Assembly (NCBI GenBank): GCA_040904625.1
Contig: JBBDTC010000105.1
Coordinates: forward strand, 1-42,044
DNA length: 42,044 nt
Origin: Gammaproteobacteria bacterium
GTDB taxonomy: Bacteria; Pseudomonadota; Gammaproteobacteria; Ga0077536
Reading direction: 5' to 3'
The notes beneath the pieces are model-generated. The model was not told the origin of the DNA and did not search any database. It saw nothing but the letters and a program-made list of their open reading frames with translations. This document shows positions 1-7,635 of the stretch, in pieces (position 1 is the first letter of the stretch; each line of letters opens with the position of its first letter). Both the position numbers and the translations under genes were made by a program.

Positions 1-225
1 CCAGTAGCGCGGCTCGGGCGGAATGATCTTTTCCTCCCCCGTCACCAGCGCCACGGCCGAGTCGCCGGCGCGCTGGCGCACCCGGTCGTAGACCTCGCGC
101 GCCAGCAGCCTGAGCGGCAAGCCGATCATGCCGCTCGGGCTGGCGAGCATGCGCTCGACCGCCAGGTGCGTCTTGCCGGTGTTGGTGGGGCCAAGGACGG
201 CGGTGACGTTGCGGGCAGCAGCCAT
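1..225 (-). CDS. Host ATP-dependent helicase (Suv3-like helicase-related protein), N-terminal fragment running off the window
   Basis: Minus-strand ATG at 223-225. Translation MAAARNVTAVLGPTNTGKTHLAVERML...LPLRLLAREVYDRV has a Walker A P-loop (GPTNTGKT). It is absent from the ORF track because it has no stop codon in the window. Confidence 0.55.
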   Translation of the reverse strand, partial: MAAARNVTAVLGPTNTGKTHLAVERMLASPSGMIGLPLRLLAREVYDRVRQRAGDSAVALVTGEEKIIPPEPRYW

Positions 226-484
226 GAACGGGGATGATTACTCGTTACGAGATTGCGAGGGGCGCAAGCGGTTTCGCTGGTACTCATGGATGTATGAGAC
301 CGATGGCGCTTGTTCAAGCTTTCGAACCGAACGGGAACAAAGTCCGTCCGAATCAGGGACTCGCCCCCGTTTCCCGCTTTGTTCACCGGGAGTTCGCCAT
401 TGGCCCCGTGAATCCACAGCTTATCCACACGTTGCCCACAGGTTTGCCGCGATTATTTTCTCGCGGTCGCCGGAAACTCGATGC

Positions 485-489
485 CCGGC
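485..489. repeat. Target-site duplication CCGGC, left copy
   Basis: CCGGC lies immediately outside the TG terminus at 490. An identical 5-mer lies immediately outside the CA terminus at 41612. Confidence 0.55.
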
Positions 490-545
490 TGTAGCGCGCC
501 AGGCATTGTGGCCCACGCGACGTTTATCCTGGCCCACGAAAATCG
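490..545 (+). promoter_or_regulatory. Late-end (attR-type) terminal inverted repeat with putative transposase-binding sites
   Basis: TGTAGCGCGCCAGGCATTGTGGCCCACG matches the reverse complement of 41585-41612 (TGTAACGCGGCGGTGAGAGTGGCCCCGG). TGGCCCACG is repeated at 509-517 and 530-538, 21 bp apart. Confidence 0.5.
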
Positions 546-561
546 AGGGTGCGCCTGCCGT

Positions 562-759
562 TCACGTCTGTGCGTGCAGGGCTTGGGCGATCGATTCGAG
601 ACCTAGCACTCGCTCCCGGCTGGCAAGGCTGCGGGACCTGCTGTCGTCCGCCTGTATGTCCGCCAGCTTCAGCAGCGCCAGGGCGATGGCATAGGTGCCG
701 TCGCCGGCACGGGCCTTCTCCTCGAACAGATCCTCGATCGTCATCTCTGGCTTCGCCAT
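562..759 (-). CDS. Hypothetical 65-aa protein, last gene at the late end
   Basis: ORF with a GGAGGG Shine-Dalgarno sequence 6 nt upstream of the ATG. The acidic helical sequence is unlike the Arg/Pro-rich shadow ORFs. Confidence 0.5.
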   Translation of the reverse strand: MAKPEMTIEDLFEEKARAGDGTYAIALALLKLADIQADDSRSRSLASRERVLGLESIAQALHAQT

Positions 760-789
760 CGTCTGCCCTCCATTCGCATGTCTGGACGG

Positions 790-1611
790 TCAGGTTACAC
801 GATTCGGCCCGGTGACGATCAGCTCCCGCGCTGGCGCCGCAGCCCCCTTGGCGAGCGTGTACGTCGTCTTCACAGGGGTCATCAAGAAGTCTTCGAAGGC
901 GGCTCGAACGGGCTTCGTATCGTTGATCGACAGGACGAAGCGGCCCCTAATGCCGGCGAGCTGCGCGGACAGGGCCTCGAAGTCGGCGCGGCCGAAGACG
1001 CCCTTGCCGTAGTCGTCCTCGGAGCCCTCGTAGGGCGGGTCGAGGTAGAACAAGGTGCCCGGCCGGTCGTAGCGGGCGATGAACTCGCCATAGGGCAGGC
1101 ACTCGATCACCACCCCGGCGAGGCGCTCGTGCAGGGCCTCCAGCATCGGCTGCAGCCTGGTCACATCGAAACGCCCCGGCCGCTCCACCGCCACCCCGAA
1201 GGTCCGCCCGCTCACCTTGCCGCCGAAGGCGGTGCGCTGGAGATAGAGAAAGCGCGCCGCTCGCTCCAGATCGGTGAGCGTCGTCGGGTCCGTCCGGCCG
1301 AGCCGCTCGAACTCGCGCCGGCTGGTGATCTGAAACCGCAGCATCTCGAGGAAGGCCACATAGTGCCGCTGGAGCACCCGAAAGAACCCGGCGACATCGC
1401 CCGACAGGTCGTTGATCACTTCCGCCCTGGGCGCCAGGCGGCGCCGCAGGAACACCCCGCCCATGCCGACGAAGGGCTCGGCATAGGTGGTGTGCGGCGT
1501 GGCCTCGATCAGCTCCACGAGCCGGCCCGCCAGGTTGCGCTTGCCGCCGATATAGGGGGCCACGGGGCGCACCGGCTCGACGGGGCGGAAATTTGACTCC
1601 ACATTCGACAT
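790..1611 (-). CDS. dam: Dam-family (D12 class) N6-adenine DNA methyltransferase
   Basis: Motifs YIGGKR, EPFVGMGGVF (SAM binding) and LDPPY. It occupies the late-end position that mom occupies in Mu. I prefer the ATG at 1609-1611 over the GTG at 1621-1623. Confidence 0.8.
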   Translation of the reverse strand: MSNVESNFRPVEPVRPVAPYIGGKRNLAGRLVELIEATPHTTYAEPFVGMGGVFLRRRLAPRAEVINDLSGDVAGFFRVLQRHYVAFLEMLRFQITSRREFERLGRTDPTTLTDLERAARFLYLQRTAFGGKVSGRTFGVAVERPGRFDVTRLQPMLEALHERLAGVVIECLPYGEFIARYDRPGTLFYLDPPYEGSEDDYGKGVFGRADFEALSAQLAGIRGRFVLSINDTKPVRAAFEDFLMTPVKTTYTLAKGAAAPARELIVTGPNRVT

Positions 1612-1786
1612 GATTTCACCCACGATCCGCCCGCCGCGAGCGCTGCGGTGGCGGGACGGCCGACTTCGGCGGCCGAGTTGAGGTCGTGGGAGTTCCAGCT
1701 CCCGGTTCGGGGTGTTGACGCACCCCGGCCCCCGCCTTCAGCGGGCGCAGGAAGGCCCTTCAGAGCCGCATAAAGTCACGCCCTCC

Positions 1787-2176
1787 TCATGGCTGAACGA
1801 GCGATTCCCAATCCACATCGGCCGCGGCCCTCACATCTGCGATGGTCGCCGCCGCCTCGATCGCAATCTTCGCGCCCTGACGCTGTCCCTCGATCGCCGC
1901 GGAAAGCCCGCGCCAGTTGTCGGCCGTGTCGATGACGAGCTGCGCCACGTCGGCCGCGGGGATGCCGCGCGCCGATGCCTCGGCCGCGACGTGGGGCACG
2001 ACGGCTGACGGGTTAGCCTGGAGCGCCCGGGCCTCGGCTTCCTTGACCAGGTAGACCATCGCCTGGCCGGCGCCGGGCGTGATGAAGCGGTGCCGGAAGG
2101 CCTCGGCCTCGGCGTCGACCCTGGCCAGCATCGCGGCCTTGTAGTCGTCGAGCGGCGGGTCGGGATTGACCTTCAT
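1787..2176 (-). CDS. Hypothetical protein (tail-distal module)
   Basis: The start at MKVNPDPP forms an ATGA overlap with the stop of the upstream gene (2173-2176). Confidence 0.5.
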   Translation of the reverse strand: MKVNPDPPLDDYKAAMLARVDAEAEAFRHRFITPGAGQAMVYLVKEAEARALQANPSAVVPHVAAEASARGIPAADVAQLVIDTADNWRGLSAAIEGQRQGAKIAIEAAATIADVRAAADVDWESLVQP

Positions 2177-2532
2177 GCGACCACCACCTCGGCCTCGAAC
2201 GGCTGCCACGGGAACGGCGGATCGAGCCGCACGCGATAAGTGCCGGGAATGCCGCTCTCGATCTCGACCTTGCCGTCATCGCAGACGCCGTGATCAATGT
2301 CGTTGACGAACACCCGCGTGCCCTCGGGCACGGTGGAGAGATCGGCAATCGTGGGGCGGGTCGCCGGCGCAGCGTCTTCCGTGCCTGGATTGACGACATA
2401 TTCCGTCAGGTCGTCGCAACCGACGCCCACCAGCACCGACTGCCCGGCCCTGGCCTGAAGTTCGACGTCTGACACCGAGCAAGTCCCCGATCGCAGAATT
2501 TTACCTGACGCGACATATACGGTGTACTTCAT
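2173..2532 (-). CDS. Hypothetical protein downstream of the host-specificity gene
   Basis: Complete 119-aa ORF, MKYTVYVASGK..., co-oriented and closely spaced with its neighbours. Confidence 0.5.
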   Translation of the reverse strand: MKYTVYVASGKILRSGTCSVSDVELQARAGQSVLVGVGCDDLTEYVVNPGTEDAAPATRPTIADLSTVPEGTRVFVNDIDHGVCDDGKVEIESGIPGTYRVRLDPPFPWQPFEAEVVVA

Positions 2533-2536
2533 ACTC

Positions 2537-5500
2537 TCACCTCTTCAGTGTCGTGAGAACTAGCTGACGGGCCGATATATGAAATTCCCCGTCCACCGAA
2601 GACTGGACCTCGATGTAATATGTTGGCGATCCGTCTGGAGGTGATTCGTCCACATACTGAAGCGAGTAGGTAATGCGCTTCTCCGTCCCCGAATGGACTA
2701 AATAGACGAAGGCGGTAGTTCTAATATCGGTTCCGTCCCGGCGTATATAAAGCGTGACCCGGCAGTCAGAAGACGACTTCCTGAACTGCGCGGTGAACAT
2801 TATGAGAACCTTGTAGTCGCTCGCCGTCGTGATCGTTGCGCTTTGGGCCTCCAGTCTGGTGAATCGGTCTACCGTTTCATCCGACCCTCCTGTGAACGCG
2901 CTTGCCGCTGCGGTGGCCGCCTCAAGATCGAGGTTGCCAGTCTCCACCCCGCCGACCGAGATCTCGTCGGTGGTGATGGTGCTCGCAGCGATATTCGTCG
3001 CCGTGATCGTGTTGACATCGAGGTGGTCGCCGGTGATCGAACCATCGACGATCAGCTCGCCGCCGAAGGGCTCGCGGAGGTAGACGTCATCGAAGTAGGT
3101 GGTGGCATCGCCGCCATCATTAAGCACGAGGAGAGCCGGGCGCGCCGAAGCCGCACCAGTGGGAGCAGTGGCCTTGACGGTGAGTTTCTGATATTCGCTG
3201 GTTGGGGTTATGTCATCACTATTGTCTATGGTTATCAAGGATGCAAACGAGTTAAACCACGCGATCCTCACGCGGGCTTGGTTTGCTGTTCCTGCTCCTG
3301 CCTTGGCCCATGCTTCCAGATAGACACTCTGGCCCTCGGAGACCTCAATCTCTTGCTGCACAACCCCGTTGGCCGTCTGGCCGGTCGGGTCATACTGCAA
3401 AGCATAGGAGCCCGACCGCTGCTCGCTCGATGCGATGCTCCACGTTCCCCCGGTGCCGCCATTGGCAGTGCTCGGGTCCAGAACGCCAGTCTCGAACCCG
3501 CCGTTCTCGAACAGATTTTCGAAGTTGGCGATGGCCAGCTTTTCGGCCGTGATGGCTTTCGACGCGATCAGGTCGGCGCTGATGGTCCCGGCCGCGATCT
3601 TGGCAGCCGTCACGGCCTCGGCCGCCAGCTCGTCGGTGCTGATCGCGCCGGCCGCAATCTGTCCCGCCGTGATGGTGTCCGCGGCGATCTCGCTGGCGGT
3701 AATGGTGTTCGCCGCGATCTTCGCCGCCGTTACCGCGTTGGCCGCGAGCTTGGGCGTGCTGATGGCATCGTCGGCAATCTCGGTCTCGGTGATCGAGCCC
3801 GCAGCGACGCTGGCATCGGCCACCTCGGCGCTCCATGCCGTGCCGTTCCAGACATAGAGCTTGCCGTCGGTCGTCAGGTAGACCGTTTCGCCCGCGACAC
3901 CCGAAGCCGGCAAGGATGACACCAGGCGAACCGGCGACAGATCCGAGGCGAACTTCGCCAGCGTCACCGCCTCGTCGGCCAGCTTGGCCGCCGTCACCGC
4001 GGCGTCGTTGATCTTCGCCGCCGTGATCGCGTTGTCGAGGATGTCCAACGCGCCGATGCGCCCGTCGAGCGTGGTGACCGGCATCCACAGCGACCAGTCC
4101 GTGGAGTAGCCCTCGCGGCTCTGGAAACGCCCGCGCACCTCGTAGTCGGTGAGCGACTGGAGTCCGGACAGTATGATCAGCTCCTCCGCCTCGGGCTCGC
4201 TGCTCGAGGCTTCCGCGATCTGGCTCGCCTGCGACGGCCGCCGGTGCTCCACATGAATCGCGACCACGTCGGCGTCTTCCGGGGCGGTCCAGTAGACCCG
4301 GATCGCCGGGCGCAGCGCCCCGCTGTCGCTGGGGTGCAGGGAGGCCTCGACGGAGAACCCGTCAACCACCTTGGGATCGGGTCGGTCGGTCACCAGCGAG
4401 CCGTCGGCCTCGGGGATCAGGTCGGTGGCCGCGTCCCAGTCGTAATCGGTCTCGTCGACCTCGGTGAGGGACACCGTGGTCGACAGGTCGTGATAGTCCT
4501 CGACGGCATCGACCTCGAAGAGCTTGTCGACATACCCGTTGCGCTCGCTGGTCCATTCGACGATGTCGCCGGGCTCCAGCCCCCAGCACGACGGCGGCAG
4601 CGGCAGCTTGTGGCGGCGTTCCTTGCGAGCCCGGGCGAGCATCTGCTGCATCATGCGCTGGGCATGATTGCCCGACTGGATCATCGGAGCGTCGAGGTTG
4701 CCCGACACGCGCCGGCCGTCGATCGCCACGCCACCGGGGAACTCCCGCGGCGGCGCCACCTTGGGCACCCAGCCATCGATCGGGCTGGTGTACTTGCCCG
4801 TGACGTGGTTGATGCGCTGTTCCAGCGGCCGGATGGGGCGGAACACGTCCTCTTCATCGGCCCGCACCATCCCGTCGTCGAAGGCGAGCACCGGCAGGCC
4901 CGGCGCCCCGACGTAGAGCTTGTAGACCCCGCCGACCTCCACGAACCTGCCGTCGCAGGCCTTGACGATCTCGCGCAGTGTCTCCAGCGGCTCGGTGTCG
5001 ACGGTGATCTCGGCCCCGCCGTGGAACTGCGGCTCGCCGTCCACCTCGACGTCGGCCTCGTTCATGGCGGCGAACCACACGTCGAGCGGCAACGCCTCGG
5101 CCGGGGTGTCTTCCAGTCCGTAGAAGTGCTGCGGATCGCCGTTGTGGTCGGCCACGCGGATGCCGCGCAGCATGTTGTAGGCGATGAGGGGCAGGTTGGC
5201 GCTGAACTCGTGCGTCGACAGGTCGTCGAAGCGGTGCGTCCCGGATCCGCCGGACACGGTGGAGTCCTTGCGCGGGTCATAGAGCGCGATGCCGTCCACC
5301 ACGAAGCGCCAGCGCATCGGGCTCGGCGTCAGCTCGGGCTCGTACATGGTGTTGGTGCGGACGTAAGCGATGCCTCGCCCGACGAAGCCCGACGTCCAGG
5401 GCCGCTGCGGATGGCTGGCAAGATGGGTGACGGCGAAGCTGTCGGCGCTCGTCTGGCTGCCATCCTTGAACACGAAATGCAGGTACTCGCGGCCGTCCCT

Positions 5501-5956
5501 GGCATAGGACGTGAGTTCATTGCCGCGGAACGCCCCGCCCGCGACCCAGCTTTCGTCCTGGCCGTCGACGAACACCTTGACCAGTCCCTCGCAAGGGTGG
5601 TCGGCAATCGCGATGCCGTCGACGAAGTGCTGGTTCTTGTCCCCGTGCGACTCGCCGTAGAACAGCGACCCGGCGGTGACGGCGCGGCCGACGATGAGCG
5701 ACTGCGGCACATCGGCGTCGATGCGGATGTCGAGTTCCACGCCGCCGGCGGGCTTCTGCTGCTTGGGCGCCAGCAGCTTGTTGGCGAGGTAGGACGCGCC
5801 GATCGACAGGGCTGCGGTGATGGCGGCCGTGCCGACAGCGGCGGCCGTGCCGGTCAGCCCGATGAAGCCGACGATGGCGGCCGATATCGGATCGGCCTGT
5901 GCCGGGGCCGAAGCGAAGATGAGCGCGGCGACCAGGGTGAGAACGAAGATCATCAT
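2537..5956 (-). CDS. Tail host-specificity / central fibre protein (J-like, about 1139 aa)
   Basis: The start MMIFVL overlaps the upstream stop (ATGA at 5953-5956). It has an N-terminal hydrophobic segment, an Fn3-like stretch (YWTAPEDADV...YEVRGRF), 10-aa tandem repeats, a CBM-like segment (NLFENGGFETG...SGSYALQ) and a distinct C-terminal domain. Confidence 0.75.
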   Translation of the reverse strand: MMIFVLTLVAALIFASAPAQADPISAAIVGFIGLTGTAAAVGTAAITAALSIGASYLANKLLAPKQQKPAGGVELDIRIDADVPQSLIVGRAVTAGSLFYGESHGDKNQHFVDGIAIADHPCEGLVKVFVDGQDESWVAGGAFRGNELTSYARDGREYLHFVFKDGSQTSADSFAVTHLASHPQRPWTSGFVGRGIAYVRTNTMYEPELTPSPMRWRFVVDGIALYDPRKDSTVSGGSGTHRFDDLSTHEFSANLPLIAYNMLRGIRVADHNGDPQHFYGLEDTPAEALPLDVWFAAMNEADVEVDGEPQFHGGAEITVDTEPLETLREIVKACDGRFVEVGGVYKLYVGAPGLPVLAFDDGMVRADEEDVFRPIRPLEQRINHVTGKYTSPIDGWVPKVAPPREFPGGVAIDGRRVSGNLDAPMIQSGNHAQRMMQQMLARARKERRHKLPLPPSCWGLEPGDIVEWTSERNGYVDKLFEVDAVEDYHDLSTTVSLTEVDETDYDWDAATDLIPEADGSLVTDRPDPKVVDGFSVEASLHPSDSGALRPAIRVYWTAPEDADVVAIHVEHRRPSQASQIAEASSSEPEAEELIILSGLQSLTDYEVRGRFQSREGYSTDWSLWMPVTTLDGRIGALDILDNAITAAKINDAAVTAAKLADEAVTLAKFASDLSPVRLVSSLPASGVAGETVYLTTDGKLYVWNGTAWSAEVADASVAAGSITETEIADDAISTPKLAANAVTAAKIAANTITASEIAADTITAGQIAAGAISTDELAAEAVTAAKIAAGTISADLIASKAITAEKLAIANFENLFENGGFETGVLDPSTANGGTGGTWSIASSEQRSGSYALQYDPTGQTANGVVQQEIEVSEGQSVYLEAWAKAGAGTANQARVRIAWFNSFASLITIDNSDDITPTSEYQKLTVKATAPTGAASARPALLVLNDGGDATTYFDDVYLREPFGGELIVDGSITGDHLDVNTITATNIAASTITTDEISVGGVETGNLDLEAATAAASAFTGGSDETVDRFTRLEAQSATITTASDYKVLIMFTAQFRKSSSDCRVTLYIRRDGTDIRTTAFVYLVHSGTEKRITYSLQYVDESPPDGSPTYYIEVQSSVDGEFHISARQLVLTTLKR
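3527..3805 (-). repeat. In-frame tandem repeats of about 30 nt (10 aa) inside the host-specificity gene
   Basis: The peptide motif (A/D)xxAITAxKIAA recurs about 9 times (AISTPKLAANAVTAAKIAANTITASEIAADTITAGQIAAGAISTDELAAEAVTAAKIAAGTISADLIASKAITAEKLA). A second short block lies at 3945-4040. Confidence 0.8.
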
Positions 5957-6357
5957 TCGACCCTGAATGCGCGCTTGGCGTGCGACAGCGGCACCTGCCC
6001 CATGCCCGCTTCTGTTCTGGCCGCGATCATATGCCCGCACACCACGCCGATGCCGTCGCGGCCCTGCTCATCCTCGACATGCGCCCAATCGCCGGAGCGG
6101 GCGTGGGCCAGCGGGATCTCCGGCAGCAGCGAGGCCGCCACGTCCCCCATGTCCCGCCAGCCCTCGTTGACCATGACGCGGCGCGCGCCGGTCTCGCTCG
6201 AATAGCGCCGCTTCAGCGCCGTCGCCGGGTCATGGCCGGTGATTGCCGCCGCACACGCCGAGGCGAAGTGCAGGCAGTCCGCCGAGCCCCACGCGAAGGA
6301 GCGCAGGCGCCAGGCGCGGTAGAGCGTCACGACGATGCGCTTGCGGTTGACCATCAC
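5953..6357 (-). CDS. NlpC/P60-like tail-associated cell-wall peptidase
   Basis: WGSADCLHFASACAAAITG (Cys) and GDWAHV...GIGVVCG resemble phage NlpC/P60 tail peptidases. Its position just before the J-like gene fits. Confidence 0.55.
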   Translation of the reverse strand: MMVNRKRIVVTLYRAWRLRSFAWGSADCLHFASACAAAITGHDPATALKRRYSSETGARRVMVNEGWRDMGDVAASLLPEIPLAHARSGDWAHVEDEQGRDGIGVVCGHMIAARTEAGMGQVPLSHAKRAFRVE

Positions 6358-6971
6358 AGCCTCCGCCCCCGCCTGCGCTCGGACCGCGGCCCCTTGCGCC
6401 CGAAGTACACCGGCCGCTCGCTCTGCAGGTTCGTGTGGCGATAGATGTCGTCGTCCGGGTCGCGCTCGTGCTGGGTGGCGTCCGACCGGGTGCCGGTGCG
6501 GCTGATGGTCAGCGCCCGTGACGTGGACTCGCAGGTCAGCACGACGGTGCTCTCGCCCCCGGCCTCCGGGGTGGTGATGTCGATGTCGTCGACCACGCCG
6601 ACGAAGCGCGGGATCAGCGGCGGGATCAGGGTGTTCGTGTCCACGTCGAAGATGCCGACGTGCACCTCGAGCGGGCGCTGACCCACAGTGGAGCCGCGCA
6701 CCAGGGCCGCGACCTCGGCCGGCAGCCCCGACAGCGTGACGCGCAGGCCGGGGATCGTCATGTCGGTGGACGCCGACAGCGTGGCGACCTTCACCAGAGG
6801 GCCCGAGCCGACATAGGTCCGGCCGTTGATCTCGACGGTGCCGACGTCGTTCCAGAAGCCCGCCGGGTCGGGATCGCCCATGTCATCGAGCGCGTCGCAC
6901 CACACGAAGATGCGCCGCTCGACGTGACGCCTGGCGAGCGCCTCCTGCTGGGCTGTGGTGAGGGTGATCAT
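6354..6971 (-). CDS. Minor tail protein
   Basis: Complete 205-aa ORF in the block between the tape-measure and J-like genes, with overlapping stops and starts on both sides. Confidence 0.55.
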   Translation of the reverse strand: MITLTTAQQEALARRHVERRIFVWCDALDDMGDPDPAGFWNDVGTVEINGRTYVGSGPLVKVATLSASTDMTIPGLRVTLSGLPAEVAALVRGSTVGQRPLEVHVGIFDVDTNTLIPPLIPRFVGVVDDIDITTPEAGGESTVVLTCESTSRALTISRTGTRSDATQHERDPDDDIYRHTNLQSERPVYFGRKGPRSERRRGRRL

Positions 6972-7618
6972 AGCGTCTGGATCGCCTCGAAGGAGACGCG
7001 CCCGAAGTGCGGCGCCTCGGCCGGCGCCGACCAGGTGTCGGGCAGGATCAGGAACTTCGCCGTGGCGCGATGGAGATCGACCGTCGCGGCCGCCTCCCAG
7101 CCCGTGCGCACGTGCGGCCGGACCTCAACCGTCAGTTCGCCCGCCCCGTCGGCGTCGCCGCCGGCGACCACCATGTGCAGGGCCCGGCTGTCGGTCCCGT
7201 AGTCGAACGCCAGGTAGTCGCCGGGCCTGAGGCCGAAGCCTGCCGGCAGCGCCGACAGATCGATCTCCTTGGTGTTCGCGGCGACGGCGTCCAGCGCCGC
7301 CGTCCCGTCGAACGCCAGCCCGCCCACCTCCAGGTCGCCCCAGCCGTGCTTGTAGAGCAGCGGGTATTCCCTGAGCTTGTCGTAGCCGTAGAACGCCTCG
7401 TAGGAGAGCAGTGTGGCGTGCCAGGCGCGCACCTCGCCGAACTCGTCCTCGAGCATGCGGTGCGACTGCCACTGGGCCCGCCAGAACGACGGGCCGAGGT
7501 TCTTGGCGATGGTCCGGCCCGAGCGCGTGGGCGCGAGCTCCGCCATCGGCTCGAGCGTGAACTCCAGCCCGATGATCGGCAGGTCGTGAATGAAGGCGCG
7601 GGGTAAGGCGATGGCCAT
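6968..7618 (-). CDS. Minor tail protein (distal-tail-like)
   Basis: Complete 216-aa ORF immediately downstream of the tape-measure gene. Confidence 0.55.
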   Translation of the reverse strand: MAIALPRAFIHDLPIIGLEFTLEPMAELAPTRSGRTIAKNLGPSFWRAQWQSHRMLEDEFGEVRAWHATLLSYEAFYGYDKLREYPLLYKHGWGDLEVGGLAFDGTAALDAVAANTKEIDLSALPAGFGLRPGDYLAFDYGTDSRALHMVVAGGDADGAGELTVEVRPHVRTGWEAAATVDLHRATAKFLILPDTWSAPAEAPHFGRVSFEAIQTL

Positions 7619-7635
7619 CGGCTAATACCCCACCA

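Noticed and set aside
291-300. First candidate prophage termini at 291 (TGTATGAG...) and 41793 (...CGCAACA), with a shared CGATG at position 11-15 and AACGGGAAC 39-45 bp inside
   Set aside because: The adjacent 5-mers differ (ATGGA versus TCTGG) and only 11 of 20 nt match. The pair at 490/41612 has a much better inverted repeat and an exact 5-bp duplication.
333-387. Imperfect direct repeat of about 55 bp shared by both flanks (333-387 and 41704-41757), each with internal dyad symmetry; considered as attL/attR of a site-specific integrase
   Set aside because: Identity is only about two thirds. No integrase gene is present, and both copies lie outside the TG/CA termini and the duplication. 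They are more likely host intergenic REP-like elements that were near each other before insertion.
128-694. ORFs 128-694, 234-494 and 126-428 in the left flank
   Set aside because: They span the host intergenic region and the prophage terminus, have no ribosome-binding site, and have non-protein-like composition.
3527-4040. Regularly spaced repeats of about 30 nt, considered as a possible CRISPR-like array
   Set aside because: The repeats are contiguous with no spacers, in frame within a 1139-aa tail gene, and encode a 10-aa structural repeat.
4244-6205. 653-aa plus-strand ORF antisense to the host-specificity gene; similar long antisense ORFs lie at 2843-3919, 20499-21353, 21364-22587, 22860-23489, 23035-24480, 35567-36700 and 32800-33945
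   Set aside because: They are antisense or alternative-frame artefacts of roughly two-thirds GC DNA. They lack ribosome-binding sites and domains and have unnatural amino-acid composition.
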